NCBI GenBank assembly: GCA_002269645.1
Contig: NIVC01001023.1
Span: forward strand, 1 to 64,000
DNA length: 64,000 nt
From: Macrostomum lignano
Lineage: Eukaryota
Reading direction: 5' to 3'
The notes below the pieces were generated by a model. It saw only the letters and a program-made list of their open reading frames with translations, had not been told where the DNA came from and searched no databases. Positions 9,801 through 21,548 of this stretch are shown here, one piece after another (position 1 is the stretch's first letter; every line of letters begins with the position of its first letter). Position numbers and translations under genes: made by a program.

Positions 9801-10514
9801 AAGTTGTTTTCCAGCAATCACCGGAACCGAAGAGACAGGTTGCTGCTGCTGCTGACCAGCGTTGAATTCCCTGAGGAACTGATCCAGGACATCTTCCTCT
9901 ATGAAGTTTATGACAGCAGCAGCCTCGACTCCAGCAGCCTCGACTCCAGCAGCCTCGACTCCAGCGGCCTCAACTCCAGCAGCCTCGACTCCAGCAGCCT
10001 CGACTCCAGCAGCCTCGACTCCAGCAGCCTCGACTCCAGCAGCCTCGACTCCAGCAGCCTCGACTCCAGCAGCCTCGACTCCAGCAGCCTCGACTCCAGC
10101 AGACAGCTCAACTTCAAATTCTGCAGCTGCTGAAGACCCGCTTGGCCTCATCCTCTTCAATGTAGAGTCAATTACTTGACTCAAGTGAGCTGATAGCAGA
10201 CTCCTGCTGGCTCCTTTTTTCTGCTGGATCTTCTTTTCTCTCTCGTTGCTCTTTTTGATGGCGCGGATTACTTTCCAGCGGTTACTTTCTTGCTTTTTCT
10301 TGTCATCGCTGACGATCCTGTGTCCTCGATGATATGCTGGAATTTTTCCCTCCTGCAGAGCTTCGACGGTGCCGCACTGGTCGCATGCCAACCAGCATGA
10401 GACCAGACAGTTCTCATTCTCGTGGTGTCTTGGGGACACGCCTCCAAGCAGGCACACTTCGCAGCTTATACAGACCTCATAGAGGTCTCTATGACAACTT
10501 TTAAAAGTTTTCAT
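6895..10514 (-). CDS. polB: Protein-primed family B DNA polymerase with endonuclease-VII-like insert; probably one ~1206-aa ORF joined to 9546..10514 by a 1-nt frameshift
   Basis: KFRN..PPFVAYADLEA (ExoI, upstream of the track start), CHYC..DHDHLNG..CQECN, FHNLGGYD, KGIFPYDY, DMNNLYG, KLKNNSLFGK, GGDTDS, LRPKLYS, AKGV; pol frame is open from about 9732 with no ATG upstream of ExoI. Confidence 0.9.
9604..9711. repeat. 18-bp coding tandem repeat, 5 full plus 1 partial copy (APAALA on - strand)
   Basis: Unit GCAGCTGGGGCGGCCAGA read directly. Confidence 0.95.
9917..10100. repeat. 15-bp coding tandem repeat, about 12 copies (AGVEA on - strand)
   Basis: Unit CAGCAGCCTCGACTC read directly. Confidence 0.95.
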
Positions 10515-10615
10515 TTTGAAAGAGAAAGAGTTGTTTTTTAGAAGTAGTAAGGTTTTTAAAAATCATTTTATACAATTTGTTTTTGTCTATTTGTTTATTT
10601 GTACTTGCGTGGCTG

Positions 10616-10624
10616 CTTATATAG
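10616..10624 (-). promoter_or_regulatory. TATA box of the polB transcription unit
   Basis: CTATATAAG on the - strand about 100 bp upstream of ATG 10514. Confidence 0.5.
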
Positions 10625-10974
10625 TAATTTGTACATGCATGCCCTCTCCTTATCATATCGTATATGAACATCCAGCCATGCTCAGGTAATAATTACTTTA
10701 CCGTTATAGAGGCCACCGGCTGTAATTAGTGTATCCCCCCGTCCCCTTATCCAGGTAAGCAACACCAGCCGTCCTCTGTGCAGTTGTAAAACTTTATAAC
10801 CTTACCCTAACACAGAGCACAGAGATTGGCCACCCCTCTTATCTCTGCAATGTTTAGCCGTTCCCAATGCACAGAGATAGGATCCTCTCCGCAGTGTATT
10901 TTTCCTATATCCTTTTTGCCGCCTATCTCGCCAGTGCTAGTGCGGCAGTATCATGAATCGCCTCCATCTCCGCA

Positions 10975-11447
10975 GTGCTTAGCCGTCCCCAATGCACAGA
11001 GATAGAGCTCATATCTCTGCAGTGCTTAGCCGTCCCCAATGCACAGAGATAGAGCTCATATCTCTGCAGTGCTTAGCCGTCCCCAATGCACAGAGATAGA
11101 GCTCATATCTCTGCAGTGCTTAGCCGTCCCCAATGCACAGAGATAGAGCTCATATCTCTGCAGTGCTTAGCCGTCCCCAATGCACAGAGATAGAGCTCAT
11201 ATCTCTGCAGTGCTTAGCCGTCCCCAATGCACAGAGATAGAGCTCATATCTCTGCAGTGCTTAGCCGTCCCCAATGCACAGAGATAGAGCTCATATCTCT
11301 GCAGTGCTTAGCCGTCCCCAATGCACAGAGATAGAGCTCATATCTCTGCAGTGCTTAGCCGTCCCCAATGCACAGAGATAGAGCTCATATCTCTGCAGTG
11401 CTTAGCCGTCCCCAATGCACAGAGATAGGGCTCATATCTCCGCAGTG
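10975..11447. repeat. 47-bp subterminal tandem array, 10 copies, each with an internal hairpin
   Basis: AGCCGTCCCC recurs every 47 bp from 10981 to 11404; stem CAGAGATA/TATCTCTG around GAGCTCA. Confidence 0.95.
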
Positions 11448-11926
11448 TATTTTTCCCTGTACATTTGCATTGCCGCCTATCTCGCCAGTGCTAGTGCGGC
11501 AGTATCATAATTCGCCCTACTACTTATAGTCATAAACCGGATCTAGGAGTCAAGGACAAGTGCGTAGTTTATGACGATGGTTTATAGGCCTAGGCCAAAC
11601 CCTAAAAACGATCAGCCTTGTGTATCAACCCAGCCCTAAATTCTCCTAAATAAATATGAGAACAGTGTTAAAACATGAATCTGTCTTCAATCTTGAAGAT
11701 CTTGAAAACTTGAATCTTCAAATCAAAGAGCAAGAAAAAACCACTCGGTTTAAATTGGATTATTATAATATTACGAGTACTTCAGCTTTGTGCTTCATGG
11801 CACTACATGTACTAGGATAAATAATGTGGCCGCAGCCTTCTGCTGCAAGCATAGGACCGCAGTCAAATCTTAGGCACTTCTGTCCGCTGCTGTATCTGGA
11901 ATAGGAACTCGTCACTGCCAAGATGT

Positions 11927-12121
11927 CTATTTCGTCTGACTGAATTGCTCTAGAAGCACCGACAGGAGCTGCTGGAAGCGAGCGCAGGAGACCCTGTAAT
12001 CGCGAGAATGCGCAATGCCAGCAATTTCGGGTGGTATCGGAGCGGCCTCTGAAGTTGGTACAATGGTTGCAAAAAGTGTAAATACTACCAACGGCAAGAA
12101 TATTAGGACAATGGAAGACAT
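11927..12121 (-). CDS. Possible small secreted peptide precursor (signal peptide); may be frameshifted
   Basis: MSSIVLIFLPLVVFTLFATIVPTSEA-AP looks like a signal peptide; no family recognised. Confidence 0.3.
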   Translation of the reverse strand: MSSIVLIFLPLVVFTLFATIVPTSEAAPIPPEIAGIAHSRDYRVSCARFQQLLSVLLEQFSQTK

Positions 12122-15100
12122 TGAACGAGCTTGAACGAGCAGCCTAGCATTGATCTTCTTGCATGGCTCGATGCAGTCAGAGATATTATTTATAAGCTAA
12201 AGTACTAGCAAAATAACACTCCTATTTATCAACTGTAGTTTGAGGAAGCTAAGGACGTCAAATGTAATAGTTGAGGACAGCCATTTCTCAATATCAGGAC
12301 TTAAAATATATTGTAGCAATCCCAGTCACCATAGCCATGGCTAAACAGTCATTTAGTTACCTACACTTGCTAAAGACATGTGTAACACCATGGGTAAGTA
12401 GCAACTCAGCAGCCTTGCTTTTGCCATTGTTCATTGCTTCATTGATGTACCAGCTGATGAGGTCATCAACCCCTTCAGTGCCAAGCAATTGTAATTGCAT
12501 GTTGTATTGCAATTGTTGCAATTGTAACTGCATAATTGCAATTGTAACCTCAATTGTATATTACCCACAGCCTTATTTTACCTACTAATTTACAAGCTAC
12601 TTTTTTAATTTCTTTGTGTTATAAAACCAAGCCATTTGTTTATAATATGAACAGGGTGGCTAAGCAGTAGAGTTAAATCTTATCCCATTATTTCTAAATG
12701 CAAATTAACATGCCAGTGTCATTTCTGATTGTTACTGTTATTGCCCAGGCTTAGTGACTCAACTGAAATTGAACTCAACCCCTTTTCAGATGCATGCACT
12801 TGTTATCTGTCTGCACCTACTTAAATTATAATAAATATATGTAGATGCTATAAACTTTAACAGCTGTCTGCTCAATGAACAAAAGTTAATGCAACTTTTC
12901 TACATATAACCTGCAGTGTATACAGCTAAAAAGAGCTTTATACTTGTTAGATACCTCAGTGAACACTGGTGGAAGTAAGGCAATAAATCATTCTATAGAA
13001 TAATGATTGCATTATTATGCTATAGAAAAATGCCCGCAGCCGGTGCAGGAGGTACTGCTGCTAACGCTTAAGGCACCTTACCGGCGCAGCCAGGCCCGAA
13101 CTCGGCGTTTCGTCGACTGCCTGCTAGCCGACGCTGGCGCCCCAGACTCTGCCGGTGGTGCGGCCTTTGTTCACGCCCAGGCTCTAAACTGTGCGCTGTG
13201 ACGCTGCATTTTTCCACCTGACAGCGTATTTTGTTGCTGAAGTGTTGTTGATCATCTGATCTGATCTGATCACATCACAATCCACAACAGAAGAGAGGTC
13301 TTACTCTAGCCGCAATCGCTACCAAACTCAAGATAGCCGTCAAGTACACCGAACGTCTAGGCAACTTTGCAAAGTTCGCATCGCAAAATCGTGGTCTACT
13401 CTGCTTATCACACTTCATGGATACCATCCTGAAATTCAAGTCGGCTATTGAGCGCCGTTGTGATGAGAACGCCAACTTTGCAAGCCTGTTTGGAGAAGAT
13501 CAACTTCCAACATTTAGTGGAGGCTCTGGTGTGCAAGATGACGCTTCAACTTCACCAAGACGATCACCTGTTGCAAGTGCTTCAGGACGATCTGACGTGA
13601 TGGAATTGGAAGAGGATGAGGATGAGCTTCTCAACAATGACTCATCGCTGTTTCGAAATCTTCGTTTTAGAATAGTAGACTTTCCTGTATTGTCAGGAAT
13701 TCCTGTATTGTCAGGAATTAGCGTGAGTTTAAAAATAAAAACCATCTCTTTGCAATTGTGCTTAAGCTGAGTCAGCCTTCTTTTGTGTCTGAGACTCTTG
13801 TTGTTCCAGTCTACCCCAGTTTTCTGTTTTCCAGTTTTCTACCTCAAATATATAAGCTGAAAATAAATATATAAAAACACCGATATGAGACTTGGGTATA
13901 GATATGAAAATGAATATGCACAAGGAGAAGGCTTTGCATCTTTGCAAGGCTCAGTAGGAAATTTTTTTCAGAAAGATCTATATTATCCTTTACGAATAGC
14001 CTACTCTGCCAAAGAACAACTCTGAGTCATAATGTAAGCAAAAAGATCATGCAAGTTTCAAACTATTAAAAAATGAAAACTACATGGCTAAAATTTTCCT
14101 AGAAAAAAGCTAATAACCCAAATGTTCGAAGGATGAGTCATCTAGTGAGTGGCGCGAACTGCGCCCGAACGATTAATGTGGATCAGCCCCTTATATCATA
14201 CCACTACTATCCTGGCCTTTAAGCATGAACATTTGAGCACCAGATTAGACAGCTAAAGGGCTACCTAATGCGCACCGCGCTGTTTAGGCTGGATAGAACT
14301 CTGCCTTAGCATGCCAACTAAGCCAAGACCATCGATCTATTCACAGCCATTACAAGGCATAGAAGCCTAGCAAAGAGCGGTCATGAGCGGTAGATAGTAC
14401 ACCCGGCCTGATGGGCATACTAGCACCAACTGCTCCGGAATGAAGTGTGCTAGGTGGCTTTGGAATTTTATTGACTGGTAATTGCCAATTGCCAAAAATT
14501 TTGCCATAAACAGACAGGTTGCTAATTGACAATCAATTTTAAACTAATTTTGGACTGCATTACACATTTCTGAAAATTGAGGGCAATACTTACATTTAAA
14601 ATCCATATTAAGCATTTCGAACCCTTATTTATCCATTGCGCAAGTCGCACCCTAATTTTATTCATTATGCTAGTGTTGCTGTCTTTATCCATTATCTTTT
14701 AACGCTAATAAGTGATTACTTAGCTACCATTTATTTTATTACATACTTTTGCTATTTTGTAAGAGACTAAAACAATGTTAGAAAGGAAAATACAAATGCA
14801 ACATAAACAAAAACACTTAATTTAAATCTTGTACACAATAGTTTACACTCTGGCGATGATCTTTTTAGTTGACTCTTTCATAACAACTTTAACAAAGTTT
14901 CAAGCAACAAAAAATCCTAGGACATTCAAATGCTGCTAATGCAACACCAACAGAGAAATAAGCCTCGATTCCTTTTTTAAGGACCTTTTATTGCTGTAGC
15001 AATGACTACATCATGGCATTCCAGAAATTTAAAGGTGCTAGATTCTCTGCGCATCTGTTTAAAACATTTTACAAAATCTGATTTTGTGACTTTTTTGGAT

Positions 15101-16429
15101 AGGATTGTATAAGGATAGGAACAAGCAGCAAAAGAAATTAAAGTTTGCTGCTTTAAATTGAAAACTGCAGTTGATTTGACTTAAAGCTACCGCTGTTCTA
15201 TCCCAATTTCAGGGCCTGCAGTAAAATTACCTGTCAAAGAAACTGGTAAGAAGCAAAATTTTAATAAATGCTGTCATGGGTGCCAGTAGTGTCTGGTCAG
15301 CAGGAACAACTTTTCAGCATTTATCTTCTACCATGCAATATTCTGTTTAACGACACTGTTGATTATGATGTCTAGATACTATGTCTGCGCCAGGAGCAGA
15401 TCACTCCTGAGTAAAGGAACTTTGGCTTCGAAGTTCTGGCTTGTAGTCAAAGATTTGAAACCTGGAGAAATAGTCTACTGGTTGCTACACAGAGGCTAGA
15501 AGACTGACTCTAATTGTCATGTCTAGTGAAGCTAAGTTTAAACTTCAAGGCGGATAATGCTTCAGTTGAGATGCTTCCCACTTTTTGCCCGAATCAAATT
15601 GCCAACCAGGCCTCAGAGCGCGCCGAGCAGAGTAGAGTTATTGAGGTTGAGGGAGATCATCAGCCAATGACTTTAGGGAGGCCAATCTAAAGCAGGCAGA
15701 ATATAATTGCAGCAACAAAAGAGAAAATCTGGCTCTCAGAGAAAAGTACAATGATGTACAAAGTTACAATAATTTTAAAAAATTAGTAACTTTTTTATTT
15801 TATATATATTTGTCAGTAAACAATTTTTAAATGTCATGGGCACATTGAGTTTTAAAATTGCACAAGTTTTTTAGGGTGAAGCCAGATAGTATATATTTTA
15901 AATAAAAAACCTGTGCTTGTGGACTGGAAGACATTGCGGACGGCAAGTGCTATGAAGGCCATTCAATTGAACTTGATGTTTTCCACTATGGCCAAGAGCT
16001 GCTTTCATTTCAGAGAAGACTGGACCAACAAAGCATAGAGGACATTATAGTAGCCGAATTAAACCAGAGCAAAATCAAGATATGTCCTTTTCAGAATTTA
16101 AATGGAACAACTTGCCAAACATCAATGACTATTTTTCCAAAATGGTAACTGCCATAGGTGCTTTTTTGGCCTGTCTTGATCAGGATTATCAACCATCTTT
16201 GTGACACAATTGACATAGGAGAAAATAAGCTAGTCTATAGGAGTGACCTACTATTTCAATAAGCATTATATCTTGAAATTGTGCTAAGTAAAAAAGACTG
16301 ACAATGTTTTGACAACCTTTTTGGCTAGATAAGCAAGACACACGAAAAAAATTTATTGCTGGCACTATTTTGCATAGTGCTATCTACCTTTGCCATCCTT
16401 TGCTATTCATTGCTTTTGAAAATCAGGTC

Positions 16430-17945
16430 ATGATCAGGTCCCCAGGCCCAGTCTCGTATGCGGATGCTGTTCAGCCCAAGCCGGTACTAGGCCTTATCGC
16501 GTTCAGGAACAAGGCCGCCAAGGAGCACGAGGCTGCCGCTGCTGCTGCCGCTGCCGCTGCCGCCCAATCAGCACAGTCCGTTCTGACCAACCAGACTGCA
16601 TCGCCTGCTAGTAGATCTGCACCTGCGGTATCCGAACAATCCACTGCTAATCCTCTGGCCACTGCTAACGCGCCGCTTGAAACTTCAGCTAAGACCAAGA
16701 TGCCTGCAACGACTCCAAGCAATGCTGATCCAACCAACATAGACAATGCCGCCACTTCTTTTGCTGGAAACGGTGAGAGGGGCTTTACCCAGGGGGACGT
16801 GCTCGAGGTGGTTCTCGGGGCACTCAACCGGATCATGGAGATCGAACCGGGGCGTCTGCTCACTGCCTGGGAAGCAAGCCAGCTTGCTATTCGGGTAGTG
16901 ACGGAAGTCCTGACGACCTTCATGAATCCCGGAAGAGTGCCCACTGTCAGGGCAGGTGAAGCCAAAGCAACTTGGTAAGCGAAGGCAGATCTGAGCCCTG
17001 AAGAAAACATCTTACTATACTATCATGAGAATATTATCATGAGAAAATCATGAGAATTTTCGGCCCCATGATTGCATGGTCAGAGCTCTGACCTACCACA
17101 GGGACAGGGCTGACCCTGATGATCTTGATAAGGAAGATATAGAATCTGACATCCTTAACATCCTAGATATTGACGTCCTCATGGAAACTAAAAATCTCAG
17201 GTCTGGGGGAGCCTCTGGCCCTGACCAGATCCCAAATATTGTCCTCAAACGGGGGCTTGGTCCGGACTCTGTCAGAAACATCGCAAAAATTTTCAATACG
17301 AGCTTTCTTCTAGGCTATTTTCCAAAGGCCTGGAAGCGGGCAACTATCAAAATGATCCCAAAACCTAAGAAATCTAGACATGAGATCAACAACTACAGGC
17401 CAATCAGCTTAACCTCCTGCTTGGGTAAACTTTACGAAAAGATTATTGCTAGGAATCTTAGAATTATCTTAGAAAACAAGGGCATTATAAATGAAGACCA
17501 ATGTGCGTAAAAACAAGATCACTGTACGTTTGACAACATTGTGCGACTCACAGACGATATACTAAAAATGAAGCAATGGAGACATGTGACACTCGGTGTT
17601 TTCCTTGACGTCAAGGGTGCCTTCGACGGTGTCTGGCACAGCTATCTCAGGTATCAGCTCCTGGGGAGTGACCTGCCGCACAACATGATCAGGACCTTGT
17701 CCAGCTACCTAGAAGATAGGGAGATCTCCATCCAGGCTGGGGGGGGGGGCGATCAGCAAAGGGTTCAAGCCCGTTGCAGGCGTTCCACAGGGTGGAGTCC
17801 TCTCTCCGCTACTATTCATCATCTAAGTCAGCACGATCCCCATCTCGCGTGACATCAAGGTTAAGAAAAGCCAGTTCGCTGACGACCTGGCCGTCTGGGC
17901 GAGCGCCAGAACATCTGCGCGCCCTGACCTGGAGGCTGCTGCCCG
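16430..17945 (+). mobile_element. Decayed non-LTR retrotransposon (I/Jockey-like): ORF1 tail plus RT fragment; no endonuclease domain seen
   Basis: SYADAV ORF1 motif; GPDQIP, WKRATIKMIPKP, YRPISLTSCLGKLYEK, FLDVKGAFD, GVPQGGVLSP, FADD with stops and frameshifts. Confidence 0.85.
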
Positions 17946-18159
17946 CCTTCACGTGAACAAGCGGGTCCTGTTGGGCAATTTCAAAGCTATCGAAGCTTCG
18001 CGAGGGAGGATTCGTTTGCTGCGCAATTGGCTCAATCGGGACCTAAAGTTTAATTGGCGTTACACGATCGAATTCACGCCTGAACTGTGGCGCCGGATGT
18101 TTGCCTCTCGTTTGGACAAGCTCTTCAGCTGAGGAGGACATTCTTCAGCTTGTAGGTCT

Positions 18160-18265
18160 CAAACCCTACCAATCTCCGCCCTGGGAAAATCTGTATAACG
18201 AGGGTTGGGACTGCTAGTTTTCTATTGGCTCGCACCGCCTCACTCGAACCGTCTATATAATTAGT
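18160..18265 (+). promoter_or_regulatory. Pol II-type promoter (CCAAT boxes and TATA) for ORF 18337
   Basis: CCAAT, ATTGG and CTATATAA about 80 bp upstream of the ATG. Confidence 0.4.
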
Positions 18266-18336
18266 GTTTCCTCTCTCACTCTCTGGAGAGTCAAACCTAT
18301 CCTAGCTCTAATACTTTACTCTCTGTTGATTCCAAC

Positions 18337-19350
18337 ATGGCCCGCCGAGCTCTATCCAACCTCTGGGATAATAATCGCCCGACTGAAGAGTTAACTAGCC
18401 TCGACGGTGATATCCCTGAACACATAGTTCCCCTAGGCACTGAAAACAACGGAACTGATAATTGGGAGGCTGATCAATATCTAGCTTGGGCTATGTCCTA
18501 TGATAGCGACACCGAGTCTGAAGTTTTTGACCTCCCGCTGCTGGCTATTGGCGGGGTTGTGAACGGCGCCCCTGCTGCTACTGCCTCTGATTTGACCACC
18601 GCCTCAGCCGCCCTCTTTGAGGTCTCTGTTGAGGAGCTGACCACAACCGGCCCTGCCTCTGCTGCGCCCGTCTCTGCTGCTGCCGCCTCTGTCTCTACTG
18701 CGCCCGTCTCTGCCGCCGCCGCCTCTGCTTCGACTACCTCCCACCGGGCCTCAATATTATCAGCCTCTACGCTCCTTCTCTTCGACGATGAGGACGAGGA
18801 TATGTCTGAGGAGATCGCCGTGGTTCGTGAGCGCTTTCCTCGCATTGTGGCCTCATTTTTCCGCGGGGACATTGACTGGTTGAGGTCTCGCCACCCTGGC
18901 GGGCTGCCCTCCCAAGCCACCTTTGTCGGAGCCTTTAATCGGGTTCTTGATACTTTGGTGTCCCGAGGGGCTGATCTGCGGGAGGTGCTGGAGGCGGAGA
19001 CGCTACACCAGGATTGGTTAATGGGGCGTAATTCGTATGCCCTCGACTCGGAGGCGTACCTGGCCGGTCCGGGAGCGCGCCCGACTGCGTGGGATGAGCC
19101 TGCAGTAGCTATCCGGTCTACCAACTGGGAGGAGCACCTTTCGTTGGTGCGCTATACAGCGTCTCTACGCCTGTGGAGGCTGGAGGAGGATCTAGATTTG
19201 GTAAGATATTACACTGTATACACAACACATCTAATCATATACCTTGCATATATTCTATCTACCACATTGCCAGTCATCCGACTACTGCTTCGAGAGCGTG
19301 GAGGAAGAGGCCGCGTACGAGACAGCCCTGAGGGAGCGTATGGAGATTGA
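18337..19350 (+). CDS. Intronless acidic ORFan, 337 aa
   Basis: Long intact ORF with an Ala/Ser/Thr linker and a globular-looking C-terminal half; no recognisable family. Confidence 0.55.
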   Translation: MARRALSNLWDNNRPTEELTSLDGDIPEHIVPLGTENNGTDNWEADQYLAWAMSYDSDTESEVFDLPLLAIGGVVNGAPAATASDLTTASAALFEVSVEELTTTGPASAAPVSAAAASVSTAPVSAAAASASTTSHRASILSASTLLLFDDEDEDMSEEIAVVRERFPRIVASFFRGDIDWLRSRHPGGLPSQATFVGAFNRVLDTLVSRGADLREVLEAETLHQDWLMGRNSYALDSEAYLAGPGARPTAWDEPAVAIRSTNWEEHLSLVRYTASLRLWRLEEDLDLVRYYTVYTTHLIIYLAYILSTTLPVIRLLLRERGGRGRVRDSPEGAYGD

Positions 19351-20409
19351 CTGATAAGGTATTTCTCTTTGTACGCGGTTTGGGGAACCCAACACTGTAC
19401 ACTGGGAGGTTAGAATGGGCGCTAACTGGGGGGTCTCTATGTACGTATGCACGGGGGTTAAAAGACCAATTCCGATAGCTCGCTCCTAGGGAGGAAATTG
19501 GCAGAGGGGCCGGCCCAAAAACTGTAATGGGCTGGCCCCGGGCTCGAGTCCACCCACCTGAAATATGGAGGGTCTTACAACCTAATGACTTGAAATACTT
19601 TCAACCTAATTGTACCCATAATAGGGTTAGGGTGGCGAAAACGGGCGGCTAAAACCTCCCTTTTGGGATTTCCCCGAACCGCTTTAGTTTAATATTTTGC
19701 GCTATGTTATTTATGCACCTGCGGGTTAGCCATACCAATATTTACTCTTTAGTCGGTGTGCCATAATTTACGCGTCTGTTGAAATTGCACCTGGGCGTTT
19801 GCCTGCTTTAATAATCTAATGTGTTCTTTATACATGCGCGCCTGTATTATACTTAATTTACACCTTCTGATATTTGCATGGCTTGTTAACCCGCTTTATA
19901 CATTAATCCGATATGAATCGAAAGTACACTTTGTAAACCGGCTTTATACTGTGTATTTCCACCTATGTTTTATTAGTGTTTACAGTACCCGCTTTGTATT
20001 TTGTCTATTTCTGTCAATATAATGTGCGCCTACACTGTGTGTTTTTGCTGCTCATATGCTCCAATATGTACATTTTAATATGCATTATGCGTCATTCTTC
20101 ACACCTACCAATATGTTTTATCTACATTTTTATGTAAATATACTCAATTTCACCTACTAAAAGTAGTTTTCACTAGCCTAATATCGTTGACTACATATCG
20201 GGAGAGTGTACTGGGGAGAGTGTACTGAGGAGAGTGTACCTTTGGCTTGGGAGAGTGTACATCAGAGAGTGTACATCGGGAGAGAGTGTACACTCGGGGC
20301 GCCTGCAGCATGGGCGCCTGCGGCATACATATCGGGAGGGAGAGTGCGCATACATATCAAAGGGTGAACATATCGGTAGGGTGAGCATACATATCGGTAC
20401 ATGTCGGTA

Positions 20410-20527
20410 GGGTCGCCTGCGGCTGGGGAGGGTCGCCTGCGGCTGGGGAGGGTCGCCTGCGGCTGGGGAGGGTCGCCTGCGGCTGGGGAGGGTCGCCTGC
20501 GGCTGGGGAGGGTCGCCTGCGGCTGGA
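20410..20527. repeat. 20-bp GC-rich tandem repeat, about 6 copies
   Basis: Unit GGGTCGCCTGCGGCTGGGGA. Confidence 0.95.
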
Positions 20528-20690
20528 TACGCGTAGATACCCTGTGATACGCGTATCGATCACCTAGTGATCGGGGCGCCAGCCAATGAGAGGCGAGGAG
20601 GGTTGACACCCACCCCCCTCCCAAAATTAACGGATATACCGGCCCTTAGTAGTCCAGTAGCCCTAACCGCGAGGTACCACGCTTGTCCAC

Positions 20691-21440
20691 TTCTATGACT
20701 GTTCACATGACAGTTTTATAATTTTTTACATGATGCTTCTATGATTTTTTATGACGTTTCTATGATTTTCTACATGACGCTTCTATGATTGTTTGCATGA
20801 CGCTTCTATGATTGTTTACATGACACTTCTAGGATTGTTTGCATGACGCTTCTATGATTGTGTTTACACAACGCTTTTTAATGATCTTTTCATGATGCTT
20901 CTATGATTGTTTACATTACACTTCTAAGATTTTTATGACGCTTCTATGATTTTTTTACATGACGCTTCCATTAATTTTGCATGACGCTTCTATGATTTTT
21001 ACATGACGCTCCTATGATTTTTACATGACACTCTTATGTTTTTTTCATGACGCTTCTATGATTTTTTACATACGCTTCTATGCTTTGTTCATGACGCTTC
21101 TATGATTGTTTACATGACGCTTCTATGACTGTTTGCATGACGCTTCTATGATTGTTCACATGACAGTTTTATGATTTTTTACATGATGCTTCTATGATTT
21201 TTTATGACGCTTCTATGATGTTTACATGACGCTCCTATACTTTTTACGTGACGCTTCTATGATTTTTTATATACGCTTCTATGATTTATACATGACGCCT
21301 CTATGATTGTTTGCATTACCCTTCTATGATTGTTAACATGACGCTTCTATGATTGTTTGCATGACGCTTCTATGATTGTTTACATGACAGTTCTATGATT
21401 TTTACATGACACTTCTATTATTTTTTAATGATGCCTTTAG
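20691..21440. repeat. Degenerate ~23-bp minisatellite
   Basis: Consensus CATGACGCTTCTATGATT(G/T)TTTA repeated about 30 times. Confidence 0.9.
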
Positions 21441-21480
21441 TCCTTTTTTATTCCTTTAATAAAAGCTTGCAATAAAAAAT

Positions 21481-21548
21481 TTACTGCTAGGATTCGAACC
21501 CTGGTCGCTGCATTAGCAGTCCAGTCTGTTAACATCTAGGCTAGCTCT
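21481..21548 (-). pseudogene. tRNA-Ser(GCT)-derived sequence (pseudogene or SINE head)
   Basis: - strand TAGCCTAGATGTTAA (A box-like), TGGACTGCTAAT anticodon loop, GGTTCGAATCC B box; acceptor stem poor, no long variable arm. Confidence 0.55.

Larger units (their letters stand above)
1..11524. mobile_element. Polinton/Maverick (adintovirus-like) endogenous virus, right part; left end outside window
   Basis: Co-located integrase, penton, capsid, adenain protease, packaging ATPase and pPolB genes; subterminal tandem repeats; CTACTACT ending at 11524 matches the Polinton AGTAGT...ACTACT terminus type. Confidence 0.93.

Noticed and set aside
9529-10179. Extra ORFs in other frames over the 15- and 18-bp repeats
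   Set aside because: Stop-free by virtue of the repeat units.
10975-11447. 47-bp array as a CRISPR array
   Set aside because: Units are head-to-tail with no unique spacers, there are no cas genes, and the context is eukaryotic.
13270-13770. ORF 13417..13770 and its upstream in-frame extension
   Set aside because: No recognisable motif or gene structure; not enough support to call.
15915-16150. LEDIADGKCY as a CACTA/EnSpm transposase fragment
   Set aside because: Downstream conserved motifs are absent; too weak.
20648-20653. AGTAGT as a second Polinton terminus
   Set aside because: Its orientation implies an element extending rightward into a minisatellite with no viral genes.
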